From: Camelus dromedarius
Lineage: Eukaryota
Assembly (NCBI RefSeq): GCF_036321535.1
Contig: NC_087437.1
Coordinates: forward strand, 36,768,001 to 36,832,000
DNA length: 64,000 bases
Direction of reading: 5' to 3'
The position numbers and the translations under genes were made by a program. Positions 42,460 through 56,544 of the stretch are shown piece by piece; the stretch's first letter is position 1; each line of letters starts with the position of its first letter. The notes beneath the pieces were generated by a model. The model was not told where the DNA came from. It saw nothing but the letters and a program-made list of their open reading frames with translations, and ran no database searches.

Positions 42460-43520
42460 AAAGAAGAAAGCTTAAAAATTAGTGACCTAAGCTTTCATGT
42501 CAAAAAGTTATAAAAAGCAAATTAAAAGCAAAACAGTTGAATTAAAAAATAATAAAGATAGCAAAAATCATTAAAATAGAAACAAGTGAAAAATCCAGAG
42601 AATAAAGACAAAAAGTTATTTTGGGAAAGAAAAATAACATTGATAGGGCCATAATATTACCCATTTGAAATTTTATTGAAGTGTCTTCTAAAGATGAACA
42701 TATAACTACTATATGGTAAGAAATTCCACTTCTACAAGTGTAACAACTAAAACACATGTACAAGAATATTCATAGAACTTGATGAATATTATACAAATTC
42801 TGGAAGTGAAATGACAACCAAATAAAACAATGGATAAATAAGTACAAAATTTTCTGGAATGGAATACCTCACAGCAATTTATAAAAAACAGATTAAAAAA
42901 CTACTACTGTGAACAACAGCATGAATGAATCTCATACAAATTGTGTTGAGCAAAAGAAGTCAGATACAAATTAGTATGTAGTAAATGGTACAGTCCCATT
43001 TTATCACATCAAAAATAGGTTTTAGCAGTTGATGGTAATAAAAATTATAATAGTGGTAAGTTCTGGGGAAGAATTAACTAGGAAGGTGCAAAAAAAGAGC
43101 ATTCTGTGGTGCTAGAAATATTCTGTGCCTAACCTGTGGTTGTTTCACGGGTTCTTGTGCACGCATGTCAATAGGCATAACTTACTGAAGATGTCACTAA
43201 GATCAGGTAACTCCCATGATAAAAACTGAAAAGTGCTGTGAGACAAAATAAATATAAATGTGCATTAAATATATGAAAAAATGGTCACATTTACTAATAA
43301 AGGTATAAATACATGGTAAATGTATTTAGAAAATATTTAAAACTATCCAATGACTATTTTCAAGGATCCCAGCCATCTGATGTACTATTGGTAGGATTGT
43401 AAATTAATAAAATGTTCCCTAGGAGGCATGATGCTATTATGCATGAAGAAGAAAATGTGTGGATTCTTTTAAAAAAGAAGTGTCACCTCTAAATATTATC
43501 CTTTATCCTAAGGCAATAAT
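42460..43520 (+). mobile_element. Fragmented old L1ME-type sequence
   Basis: AACAGCATGAATGAATCTCA..TGTTGAGCAAAAGAAGTCAGATACAAA and other ORF2/3'UTR pieces. Confidence 0.7.
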
Positions 43521-44809
43521 GAAAGAAATGTGATCATGTTTATGGTGAAGAGATTGATCGTGTTAATGAATTATATTAAGAGTAAAAATAGAGAATTTCA
43601 TTTAAAAGCACATTTGATAAAAAGTAGGATCTTATGTAAAGAAAATGTAAGCAGCCTAGTGCAAATGAAAAAAGAAAGTTTCGGTTCAGTGGTCGTTAAC
43701 ACATTTGCTCCATCTATTTCTTCTATTTCTTTGTAACTTGTGAGATGAGAGGAAGCAGGTAGAGGGGGTTATGAGTATCTCTGTTGTGCTTCTCATTTAT
43801 GCTAATTTTTATTATAACGTATGTCTTTAACCTCCTTCTCGTATACACCCCAATAGTTAACAATTTCTCTTTTCAAATATGGCCTATTACTATAAATTTA
43901 GTCATTTATAGTAGTAGAAAGTAAAGGCTATCACATTTTTCAATCAGATTTCATGGTTGAATGGCAAAATATAATTTTGAAAGCATTTGCAATCAATATT
44001 GCCTTATACATTAAATATGCATGTTTTGAAGTTGTTTATATATGTAAGATTATGTGCAGTATTAGCTTCAACTGATATCTCCCCATAGACTTAATACATA
44101 TTCACACATTCTCAATGCTTTAGAGAAAATAAAAGGCTAATCAAAAAATGTTATGAAAGCAATCCACTTAAAGTTAAATTTTTTTATTAAGAATTTTGAA
44201 GGTGTCTACAACATTAAACCATGTTTTTAATTAGCTTGAACTATATGATATCTTGTTTGTAATTTTGAAAAACCTTGGTCCAGAGAGTTTTATCTGGGGA
44301 TAAAGTAGACAGTTTATTACAGAATCACTAAGGATGCAGTGATAGTATTAAAGCATAATGAGAAAAAAGGTAATTAGGCAAATTATATGGGTAAAGGGAA
44401 ACTATAATGAATATCCCTCTAAAACGTAGTAACAAAAGAGGAATCACATATGATCTTTTGACATGACCCTGTTTAGATATTTTGAAGGGTTATAATTTCC
44501 TACTTAATTATTGTTTTACAAATACTCAAATTTTAGAAAGAAAATTAAAAACAAAATGATCAAATATGAGGTTGAATTTATACCAGTATTGAAAAAAATG
44601 TAAACAGCACATTTCTTCCTTCCTTCCTTCCTTCCTGGAACTAAATATTTATTAGGTTTAAAATAAAAATTTTATGCTAATAGTGTAGTTTTTGGAAATA
44701 CCACTGCAAAACAACTACAAAATCCTGTAAGTTTGTCACCTTGAGACAACCACATTTGTCTAATATCATTTTGGTTAAAACACTGACTCTTATGTATGCA
44801 CATCATGTA

Positions 44810-45990
44810 CACACTCATTCAACAAATACTTGTTGAATGTCTCCAATGGAATAGGCACTCTCTAGTTGCTTGGGATACAACAGTAAACAAAATAAAGATC
44901 TCTCCTTTGTGGAGTTACATTTTAGCAGAGTGACAAATAGTAAAGAATAAGCAAGTAAATACAGAATACATTGGAAGGATATAAGTGGAAGGAAGCCAGA
45001 AAAGAGGACTTGGTAGCCCTGTCAGGGGTGAGAGGCAGTGGCAGTATTAAATAGCAGTGAGGATACATTTTACTGAGAAAGTGAGATTTGAGCAGAGACT
45101 TAAAGGAGACCCATGTGACTTGAGAGGAATGAGTGAAAAGGAAAAGAGTAGAAGATGACACAGGAGAGGGGATAATTGACAAGTAGATCAGGTAGGACAT
45201 CTTAGGCAATTATGACAACTTCAGGTCCTACTCATTACCTAAAAGGGAAATGGAAAAGACCTCAGTTCTTATCATACCTGAAAGATGGGATTACAGATGG
45301 GAGATGGAGTGTGTAGTTTAGCAAAAGATTTTAAAGGATTTATTTAGGAAAAGAAAAGTAGACCTCCAAGAACAGGAGACAGACTGATCCAAGGGAGGAA
45401 AGAGCAGTGGTCTTTGTTTTGCCCTTCCTCTTACACGCTCACTTAGAGGTAGTCTTTTGATTGACTGGTGGCTCTTGTCCCTGGAATGCTTAGTCATGTT
45501 TGTTTCCTTTGCTCATGTCTTTACCCATGCTGTACACAGAAAAACCTGTGGGGGACCTAAACCACAAGGTTAATTATATTACAATGAGCATTGGGTCATG
45601 CCCAGTTAAGTTTTTTCCCCGCTGCTGAGCAGTTGTGGCTATCAGGTTCTAACCGGTTTCTTGCTGGCACTGATTTAGAAGTACGGTCTCTTTATTCTGG
45701 AGGCAGGAATAATGCCATCTTCCAGACCATCCTCCCTCTCCTCCACCCGTCTGCCTGGTGCCCCCACTTATCTAACTACCTAACACTGTGCATAAATGGA
45801 AAGTCGCTGTAAGATTTTGAGAAAAGAAATGAGATCATCTGGGTTTTAGTTTGAATGGCTTACTCTTGAGAACTGTGTTATGAATGGATTGGAGAGGAGT
45901 TGGGATGCAAGAAGGGGAGATTTAGGAAGTAGAGGGTAGATGATGGCTCAGACCAGGGACATAACAGTGGAGACAGGGAGCAGTGATACA
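44810..45990 (-). mobile_element. L2 LINE fragment, split by the LTR at 45235-45785
   Basis: CATTCAACAAATACTTGTTGAATG..GGGATACAACAGTAAACAAAA..GAGATTTGAGCAGAGACTTAAAGGA. Confidence 0.8.
45235..45785 (-). mobile_element. Solo LTR (ERV1-like) inserted in an L2
   Basis: Minus strand starts TGTTAGGTAGTTAGATAAG; AATAAA near 45340; L2-like sequence on both flanks; left end degenerate. Confidence 0.7.
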
Positions 45991-48224
45991 ATTCTAAATA
46001 GCAAACACACACACACAAACTTCTTTGAACTGAAAAGGGGAGTATGACATATATGCTGTTTAACAGAACACATTTCTCTTAAACTATAGATATTGTCATA
46101 TCATCGAATGTATTCTATGTCATTTTAATATTTTGATCCCATCCTTATCACTTAATATTTTAAACATTAAGGTATTTCTTACACTTAGCTGTTCAGTTAA
46201 AATTTTGAACATATCTATGGGTCTTTGCTCGCAATAGATTAATAGAAGGAAATTTGCTATTTCAAAGGATTTGCACAATTTAAAATGGTTTACATTTTTG
46301 TCCAAAGGCCTTCACCAAGGGTACATTCTTACGTAAATATATTCAAATACATTCTTATATAAAATATTTAAGAATGCTCATTACTTTGGAACCTCTTTAA
46401 CACTCAGTGTTTTGGGGGTTTAATGTCTTTCTCCGATTGCTAGGTAGGCAGGTGAAGACAATGAGAATACTATTGAGAATACTATTTCAACTTTGCATTT
46501 TTTGGCTCCACAAGCGGTAGAACACTTTTCATATGTTTCTAGGTTCTCTCTCTCCCTCTCCCTCTCCCTCACGCTCTGTTTTTCAATATATAAATTTATT
46601 AGGCATTATTTTTAAGATGCTGTAAAGAAGAATTAAGAATCTGAAATTTAAGAAACAACAGATTTGAAAAAAAAAAAAAAAAGCAGCAAGTTACTTCCCC
46701 AAGTAGTTAATAGAAAACTAAATTACCCAGACAGTAAGAAAGACCAGAGTAAACAGATCTCAAAAAGTAATTAGGCAATTCTGCAGTTAAAAGACAAACT
46801 CGGACACCATACTATTGCGACTCTACCTTAACTACAATAGAACTGCAGACAGTTTCCTGGCCTCCTCCTGTTCTAACATTTCCTGGGCTTCTCTATACCA
46901 ATTTAATACTACTTTATAGCAAAACACTATCACAGCAGCATATCACATATTTCCACTGAAGCATCACGCTTTAAAAAAAAAATAGAGAAAACATTATATG
47001 TGTAGGCGGAAATCCATTATTACTGAGCTAAATTAAAAGATGGGCATACTGTAATTTTCTGACACAGTAGGAACACTGTAGAAAAAAATTCTTGAAGTGA
47101 CATTTTCCTTTCTCTGTTACTGGCCATAAAGTGTACTTTCTAATTAAAACTTTTAAATGACTTTAATTACTGAAATAAAAAAGGACCTCTGTTAAAATTT
47201 GTCCCATGCACACTCACTAGTCATTAATGTGAGGTCATGAACTTGTTTAGAAAAGTAAAAATAAGATTAAATAGTCGAAATCTTTAAAATACAGAGAAAA
47301 AACTTTCATTTATGGTTGTTGAATTTACCTAGCCCTGTATTACCATTAGGTTATAATGGTTTTCAAATATAAATTATACTGTAAACCAGATAAATTAAGG
47401 TTTTTGGAAAAGAAATTTACATTAATAGGAAGATTAAGAGGAATTTTTTCTCCAGGGAAAGAAGTAGTCATTTACCTGGCTAGAATATACTTATTGGTAT
47501 TTTACTATGTGACTTACCTGGTCATCTTTGGAAAGAAGTTTTTGGGGGCAGCAAAAAATATGAGTTGTTGGTAAGTAGGTTTGACATGCTTTAAAAATAC
47601 ATTGTGGGTTTAGATTTGCCTGAGATAATCTCTACATTGTTCATGGCTACTGAATTGGCTAATCAGACAGGTGGAAAGAACATCACCAGATACAAAGAAC
47701 TTTTTTTCCTACAAGAAGAAATAAGCACTTGAAGTGTGGAAAATACTCTCCATATCCATTTGAGCATTATAAGCAGAAGACTGTGATACCAATAACAAGA
47801 AATTTCCGTGATTTTCATATTGTTCCATGTATAAACTTATCTCCTACTTGACTTAGAATCTACCATAATCCCATGTGACTCCCATTCTTTGCTATGCAGA
47901 TGTGATCCACTAAGCCCTCATCCTTACCTAAACTCAGCTTTTACTTCTTAGTTATTCCATTGTGTGATTTCTTTAACTTTATAGAATATAATACCCACAA
48001 TTTTCCTTTATCTCTTCCTAGAATTATTCTCAAAGTAAACACACAAAGTAGGCATCATTCTAGGAGGAAAAAACTTCCAGATTTACTTAAAAAAATAGTG
48101 CAGAGAGTTATCCAAAAGGATATCATCTTGCTTATAAAGCACTTTTTTGGTCTTTTGTATTGTTTTGTTTTTGGTGTTAGAGAGATGAGGTTTTTTTTTT
48201 AAGCAAATTCTTCCTATTTTGGTT

Positions 48225-48830
48225 TTTTTTTAAATTTTAAATTTGAAATACAGTCAGTCACAATGTGTCAGTTTCTGATGTACAGCACAATACTTCAGTC
48301 ATACAGGAACATACATATATTTGTTTTCATATTCTTTTGCATTAAAGATTATTACAAGACATTGGATATAGATCCCTATACTACAAAGAAATTTTTTAAA
48401 TCTATTTATAAATAGTGGCTAACTGTTGCAAATCTCAAACTCCCAAATTTATCCTTTCCTATCCCTTTTCTCCCAGTAACCATAATGTTGTTTACTATGT
48501 CTGTGAATCCGTTTCTATTTTGTAAGTGAGTTATAGTGTACCTTTTTTTTTCTTTTTTTTTTTTTTAGATTCCACATATGAGTGATATCATATGATATTT
48601 TTCTTTCTCTTTCTGGCTTACTTCACTTAGAATGATGATCTCTAGGTCCATCTATATTACTGCGAATTGCATTATTTTATTCTTTTTTATGGCTGAGTAG
48701 TATTCCATCATATAAATATACCACAACTTCTTTATCCAGTCATCTGTTGATGGACATTTAGGTTGCTTCCATGTCTTGGCTATTGTATATAGTGCTGCTG
48801 TGAACATTGGGGTGCATGTATCAGTTTTAA
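48225..48830 (-). mobile_element. Young 5'-truncated L1
   Basis: Closely similar to 2508-3090 (GATTCCACATATGAGTGATATCATA..TTCTGGCTTACTTCACTTAG). Confidence 0.92.
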
Positions 48831-49059
48831 TTCAATGTCAAGTGACTGGTGTCATGAATATTTTAGAGTTACCATGTCCCTTACAACAGAAACTGGTGTG
48901 TGTGTGTGTTTGTGTGTTCATGCACAGTATCGAGGTGATATGAAAGGTAAGAAATGAGATAGCTAGACTTGCTTTGCCTAATAATTGTTTCTCAGATATA
49001 ATATTTATGTTGTTGGGAAACATAAGTAGCATTCTTTTCTATCTCCACCTGTCTCTAAT

Positions 49060-51100
49060 GTATTTAATTCTTTTTCTTTTAGAATTGTTTTAGATTTATA
49101 TGAAAATTATAATACAGAGAAGATAATACAGAGAGTTTCCTCATATCCCAGACCTAGTTTCCCCACATTTTTAACATCATACAGTGGTAAAATATATTTC
49201 TCACAATGAATGAGCCAATATTGATATATTGTACTTAATCAAAATTCATACTGTATTCAAATGCCCTTAATTTTTATTTTTCCTTTCCAGTATTTCATCC
49301 AATATACCACATTAAACATTTAGTCATCACATTTCCTTAGGGTCTTTCAGACTTTGGCAGTTTCTCAGGAATTCCTTGTTATTGATGACCTTGGCAGTTT
49401 TGAGGAGTACTACCCAAGTATTTTGTACAATGTACCTCAAGTGAGATTTGTCTGATGCTTTGCCAACATTAGATTGAGTGTATGTATGGGCTGGAAGACC
49501 ACAGGAGTCTACTGCATCCCTCATCATATTATACTAAGGATATATATTATCAAAGTGATTACTGCTGATGTTAAACTTGGTCACCTAGCTGAGGTGGTAT
49601 TTTTTGGTTTTGGTACTGTAAAGTTACTCTTTTCATTCTTTCCATACTGAACTCTTTGGAAGGATGTCACCATGTGCAGGCCACACTTGAGCATAGATGC
49701 TCCACCTCTGATGGTAGAGAATCTACAGAAACTGTTTGCAGAAACTCTTCTGCACAGTTACTTTTTCTAATTACCCCCATTTATTCATTTATGCAAATAT
49801 TCATTCATATTAATATGGGCTAATGGAAGTTTATTTTAGATTTTGGATTATAATCAAACATGACTTTATTCATTTTGTTGCTTGCACTGGGAGTTTTTCA
49901 GTTGACTCTTGTGTCCTTTTGATATATATCCATCACTGTGAGGTTTTTTTATTTTTTTGGTTTTAGATGTTTTGGTTTGTTGCTTTGCATTGTTGTTGTT
50001 GTTTGAAGACTTTACTTTCCTGCACAAGAAATACTCCAGTCTCATTGTTTATATCTCTTGCCCAAACATGGAGTCAGCTGTTTTACCAAGGAGACCTGAT
50101 TCGTTTTATTGGGAAAGTGGGAATGTTTGGGTGCTGTGTGTGCTCTTTAATACTGTGCTTCTGGGCTCTCTGAAGTGACAAAAGAAAATACATGTGTGTA
50201 TACCAACCCATGTATATACACATACCTATAAATATCCCTATATGTTACCAGCTCTATTTATATTATGGTAAACATACTGATATCTCCAACTCTAGTCCAT
50301 TATCACATGGATAATTCTAGCCTCTTCCATTTGCCAGTCTATAACTTCTCACTTTTGTGAACGAAAATACTACAACCATATCAGTGAACAAGAATGTTGA
50401 AACCAAGTCATCAGCAGCTGCTGCCACCCACCTCAGTGAGGACAGGCCTGCAGCCCAGCCTCTGCAGGCACTCACAGTGGTGCCCTCTGAGGGGACTCAG
50501 AATAAGAAATGACAGGACACTGGCCCTAGATGACTAGGTGCTTGTCAAAGGAATGAATTCAGTGAGCCCAAATGTTTGCTTCCTCCCATATATAGAAAAG
50601 CACTAAATTCTTTAACTTGAGATGCCTGGTTTTCTTTAGATAACAAGCAATCTTTTATTGTTCCAACTACCTGCTCCTCCCCTACCTATTCGGAGCAGTC
50701 CCTCAGAGCAATCTGAGGGGCTGTCATCCTGGCTCAAGTCCTCCCGCCAAATAAAACATAACTCCCAACTTTTAGGCTGTGCATTTATTTCAGTCGACAC
50801 TTTAATAATGAGAAAACTGGCTTCCACCATCTGCCATCCATTTACATTATTGTTCAATTCCAGTAGACATATATAATGATTTCTGAATTTTTAACTTGTA
50901 TTCCTGTGTGAAACAACATTATCAATTGTAGTAGAGAATATAGTTTCTTTTATCTTTGGTCTTAAGAGGTTCTACTCATTTCCGAAATTACAGCTTAGCA
51001 CCCTCTTCAGTGTTTCCCCACCCTCTTCAGTGAAATTTTTTCATAAATTTGTCACATTCTGCACTCCATCTTGGGATGCAGAGCTTCTAAAATACTTTTT
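49060..51100 (-). mobile_element. Old L1MC-type 3' region, host of the solo LTR at 50356-50799
   Basis: TTTAGAATTGTTTTAGATTTATA..TGGCAGTTTCTCAG..TTGAGGAGTACT; resumes AATAATGAGAAAACTGGCTTCCACCATC after the LTR. Confidence 0.82.
50356..50799 (+). mobile_element. Solo LTR, ERV1 class, MER41-like
   Basis: TG...CA termini (ends TTTCAGTCGACA); AATAAA near 50750; exact 4-bp TSD CTTT (50352-50355 / 50800-50803); interrupts an old L1. Confidence 0.9.
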
Positions 51101-52269
51101 TTTTTAAGGTTTAGTCCTTGTACATTGCTGGATACATATTTCTTGCTTTCCCCTCTCAAAGCACAGAATCAAATAGCATTAATTCCCCCTCACGTTAGAA
51201 ACTAGCTCCTAGCAGAAAGTCTCATTGGGCTCTTCCACCTAGCTTACAAACTCTTCACAGTAGGGGATTTTAAGGCTTTTGTTTATTATATATCAATTTT
51301 CTTTTATTCTTTAGAGGCTAACCTATAAAAACTTCTTACCTAGCTCAGGTTTTCACTTTCCAGTCCTTTTTCCTAATTTCCAAACCCCTTTTTGGATTGA
51401 ACTGAAACAAGAATGACACAAAATCTGCATACATTTCAATTAAGTGTTTTTTAAATTGGTAAGCATCATAGAGGAGTAAGAATTTCCACTTTACAATTTC
51501 ATATTACAAAGCTTCGTAATGGAGAGGTTTCTGCATTTAAATCTCTTGTGTATCTAGAGGTGTGTTGTATGCTATTACATGAGACATGAGACTAAACAGA
51601 GTTGAATCATGTACTATTATGTAAAGTAGGCACAACATATTGAAAAATCAAACAGCTTTTCACCAACTATTTATATTTGGGGCTTAAAATATAACCATTT
51701 CTTAAACTCTAAGTCTATGGGTCTTTAAGTTAGCTCTGCCCCATTAATTTAGTCTTTAATATATTACAGATATTGTTATTTTTAAATCATTAACTCAAAT
51801 ATTTTACAAAGAATTGTATACTATAAAAAATCTTTTAATTTTAAACACATTAAAATTTACCAATTTGTTAGCAGGAATATAAAATCTTTAAAATCTGCTT
51901 CACATTGTGATAAATATAGACAGAGACTAATTAGGTGGTTTGCTTAAATGTCAAATGCAATTCTAATGCCAAAAAATAATCTGGAAGCATATTCATGTTA
52001 ATTGCATGTACTTTTCATTTTGTTCAACAAAGGGAGATTTTTTTAAATAGAAAAACTGAAAAACAACAAGAAAAAACAATTCCAGATGGATGACTATGCT
52101 GACAATTGCACTAACAATTTGTCTCTTTAACTCAGACATTAGCTTTGCTCCCAAGGCTGAAAATATTAGTCATTCTTGAACTAAATCTTGCTTTCCTTAC
52201 ACATTTTGTCTATATTCTTAAGATGCTGTTAGGCTTATGTATAATCAGCAGTCATTTTTACCTTGACCT

Positions 52270-52785
52270 GCTGTGGGCTTTATCCAGCAAAGACCCACCT
52301 TGGAAGAATGAATTACTCGAGACTTTATCAAGCCAAGAGAGTTAGAGGGAGCCAGAGACCAACTCCAGTTCCCCAGCCCCTTAAAACTCTCTATTTATTG
52401 AGAATAGTCAAACAAACGATTAAGGTAAAACACGTCATAGGAATGTGTAAGGGGCATGGTGTACATGCAGGTATGCAGGTCAGCAGTTTTGTGAAAAACA
52501 GAAACATTAGTCTTAATCTATATGTTTAGGGAGAAGTTTACAATGTTTAGGGAGTATACAGTAGACAATGGAAACCAGGCAGGCACAAAGACCCCATAAA
52601 GATCAAGATCTAACTAGATAAGCGAAGAATGCCCTGCTGTTTTCAGCAAGGGCAAAAAGTAATTAATGGTTTTCCAAGAAGCAGAAGCAGCTACAGCTAA
52701 TAACCTACACCTAAGATAAGCAAGGCCTGTCTTGCCGTTTTCAGCAAGACAACTGAGCAGCAGTTTTCTGCATTGTAGCCCTACA
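52270..52785 (-). mobile_element. Probable solo LTR
   Basis: Minus strand starts TGTAGGGCTACAATG; AATAAA near 52394; internal direct repeats TGTTTAGGGAG x2 and GTTTTCAGCAAG x2; no TSD found. Confidence 0.55.
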
Positions 52786-55700
52786 ACTTATTAACCCAAG
52801 AATGTGCTCCCACAACCTGCCTGTACTTTAATTCTTGCTCATGCTATAATCAATCTTTACCTAACTTTATTTCATTCTCTTAGAATTGTCCAAACCCTTA
52901 CCTTGTATGAATGGCAGATGTACTGCTGTCTAAAATTTACTTTTCAAGTTGTGAACTTTTCAAAATAATTTAAATTTAATGTTCCTCAACCCAAGTAAAA
53001 TAATTTTTGTAGATATATTTACTTAAAAATATCTTCAATTTGACAAATCCCTAAATGTTTTTCTAAAGAATTAGCTCTAGGTTTAATTCAGGTATATGTA
53101 CATGTGGTCTAATAATTACATTAATCTATATTTATTATTGGCTATAAATTTATACTATACCATAATTATCTACCCATTATCTATTATCATAGGTAACAAT
53201 GTGGATAGTGATCAGTGCAACTTTCTGGGCACTTCTTAATGTTTACAGGATAAGTCAGTTCTCTCTCTCTCTCTCTCTGTGAAATCAAAGTGCAATTTTG
53301 TTTGTAGATTAACTTGGCATGTAAACTATCCAGGAATTGAAAATAAAATATTTTACTGAAAGGTTTTTTTTTTCCCGTTGTTTATAAGTATAAAAAGTAG
53401 AATTCAGATTTTTTGGTTCAAAGTCAGCAGGTGCCTTTAAGGTAATTAATTCAGTTTTGAAATAGGTTGTATTTTTCAACTCTCATTTTCTACCATTCAG
53501 CTTTCCTAAGATGACTTTCAGTGTTACTGAAAGAATGTGTTCAAGTCTTCTACCTTCTGAGGACAAAACCAAATTACATAAATATATATAATTTATATAT
53601 TAACATGAATATGTATTTACATGTGTATATAATTCAGAAATATAAATTACATGTGTAAATATTAAGAAATATTATCAGTAACTGGATCAGTGCTGAAAAG
53701 CAGTGCTACAATACTGATTCAGCAGCAGAAAAGAAGATTCTCAATGCCACATGCCTTGATATTCAATGAATGATTTTTTGAACTGTTCTGCTTTATTTTT
53801 TAACAACTAGGTATGTTTGCCATGTGTATGTATTTGTTCTATTAAGCTGTATTTAATTTTGAAGAATAGAATGGAAGCAAGGTGGTGGGGCGGAAGAAAG
53901 AGAAAGAGAGATCTTCCCAGTGGACGGCCAAAAGAGGCTCTGAGACCACAGAGAGTGAGTGTCTGCGAGAGAGGCTGATAGTATGGTTACATGTTTGTTA
54001 AGACATCTCACTTTAGTGTTCCATTTACTAGGGAAGAGCTTGGTGAAGAATTTCTTGGGAGAATGTAACCTGTATCCCCTGGAAAGCAGAAGCACATATA
54101 AACATAGGATGTGGTTTCCATTTAGAGGAGACTGCTAGGAGTAATTAGTATCAGAGTGGTGTGAAAAGACCATGATGAACTGTGCCTGGAAAGAAGATGA
54201 TGGGATGGCCAACTCCAATTACTTGTGACCTTAAGAATTCAGGTGACAGGGCCTAAACTTCTATGAATCTCCTTAATGATGTACAGAGGTTTTTGAAGAG
54301 AAAAGAAACCTGTGAAATGCTTAAAGTTTGGCTCAAAGAATGGCAAAACTAGCTTGATCTGATCATTTTTGTGCATGCTATATGTTTACCTGCTGAAATG
54401 AGCTTTGAACTCATATCAACTATAATCAGTCAGACAAAACACGCCTCAGGAGATCTTTCTCATGACAGAATTTTCAGGGCTTATAGCCATCCTGTGAGTA
54501 AAGCATTGTGTCATACCTTGGATGGTCAAATCAGAGAGTTTAAAGAATTTCTTAGAGAAAAACAAATAGTGAGAAATACAGATTCATTTTTAAAACAGAA
54601 TTTTTGATTACATCCATTTTTTTCAATTATAAAACTTCTATCCTATTCTTTTATGTAAGTTTACATATCATCTCTTCATTTTTAAAATGCAGAGATACAA
54701 AATGAGGCATAAATTTCAAAAGTAAAAATAAATTAATTGACTTTAATTTTCTACTTCAGCTTATTTTTTATTGAGATATAATCCACAGGCCATAAGAGTC
54801 ACCATTTTAAAGTATAAATTTTAATTGTTTTTAGTAAAGTCACAGAATCATATAATCATTATGATTACATAATTTCAGAATATCTTTATCACCCAAAAAA
54901 GAAACTCTGCATCCGTTAGCAGTCACTCCTCATTCCTTCCACCCCAGCCTATGAAAATCACTACCCTGCTTTCTTTCTCCCTAGATTTGCCTATCATGGA
55001 CATTTCATGTAAACAAAATTGAAAAAATATGTGGCCTTTTGTGGTTGGCTTCTTTACACTTCTTTCAAAGCTTTATCCCTGTTGTAATATGTATCAGTAT
55101 TTCACTGCTTTGTATGGTTAAATAATGTTACATTGTAGGGGTATACCACATTGTGTTTATTCATTCATCATTTGACGCATTTTTCCACTTTTCAGCTATT
55201 ACGAAAAATTCAGCTTTGAAAATTCATGTACAAGTGTTTGTGTTCACATAACATTTCAACTCTCTTGTGTATGTAACCTAGGAGTGGAATTTCTGGGGCA
55301 CATAGCAACTCTATGTTAACTCTTTGAGTTAACTATTTGAGAAATTGCTTATCTTGAAACTGTTACCTTGAATGGCTGGTACCATTTTAAATCCCCACCA
55401 CCAAAGTATGAGTGTTCCAATTTCTTCCTATTTTGAACAAAACTTGATATTGCTCATCTTTCTTACTGTAACCATGCTAATGTGTATGAAGTTATATCTC
55501 ATTGTGGTTTTAATTTGCATTCCTCTAGTGATTAATGATATTGAATGTATTTCTGTGTGCTCATTGGCCATGAGTATATCGTCTTTGGAGAAATACCTAT
55601 TCAAATAATATGACCGTGGACAGGAGCTCAATCAAGGCAGCAGAGTAGGAGGATGTGAACTTCCCTACTGCATGATCATATCAAAAATACTTCCACATGT

Positions 55701-55847
55701 GGAACAACTCTTTTTTTTATTGAAGTACAGTCGATTTACAATATTGTGTTAATTTCTGGTATACAGCATAGTGAATAGTAACTCATTTACACACACACAC
55801 ACACACACATATTCATTTCCATACTCTTTTTCATTATAGGCCATTAC

Positions 55848-56165
55848 TGTTAGAGAGAAGAATCAGAGATGGCTCCACGGCAGAAGCAGGCTTTATTGTG
55901 AAAAAACCTGAAGAGGGGCTCCCCAGTCAGACTGGAGCCTGCTCTCTGTGCACAGGCTGAAGGTTTTAAAGTGCATTGAAGGGGAGGGGAAATTGTTGGG
56001 GTTGGCCATTGCTATGGGTAGCTAAGGAACTATTTTTGTAGTTGGGACAGTTTTCTGCGAAGCAGGGTGTTCCCATGGCTCTGGTCCCGAGTGGTACTTT
56101 CCATTTGTCTGTTGAGTCTTCGGTGAGTGCTTAAGATGGCAGCTGATTTTTTAAGGTGGAGTCTC
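55848..56165 (-). mobile_element. 3' LTR of the ERV
   Basis: Terminal CA at 55849-55848; AATAAA at 55897-55892; TATA-like TTTAAAA near 55965; purine run AAGAGGCAGAGA at about 56162-56173 just upstream. The U3 boundary is approximate. Confidence 0.8.
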
Positions 56166-56544
56166 TGCCTCTTGATAAATAGGGAAGAGGGGTGGCGTTT
56201 GTCTCTGGCTACTTCCTGCTGAGTAGGGGTGGTGTAGATCGGAAGGGAAAGAGGCAGGATTGATATCTCTTCGGCAGAGTCTTGGTTTTGGCGGAGGGAC
56301 AGCATGTTGGCGATCTACTCCTGGGCAGTTGTTTGGACTAGTTGGCTCGGGAGCTGGAAAATCAGTCTAAGGAGGCAAGGGCAGAAAAGAACACCTAGGA
56401 TTAGTATAAGTAGGGGTCCCATAAAACGGGTGATTTCTGGGAGCCAATTGATCTTTTAATCCCAGACCCCCGATGTAATCAGAGGGAGTTGGTATATATT
56501 GAAGATGCTCTGGGTGTTTTGGCATCAGTGGAGGATGGGCTGGA

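Noticed and set aside
50356..50799. Interferon-responsive GAS motifs as in primate MER41B
   Set aside because: I found no TTCnnnGAA in this copy.
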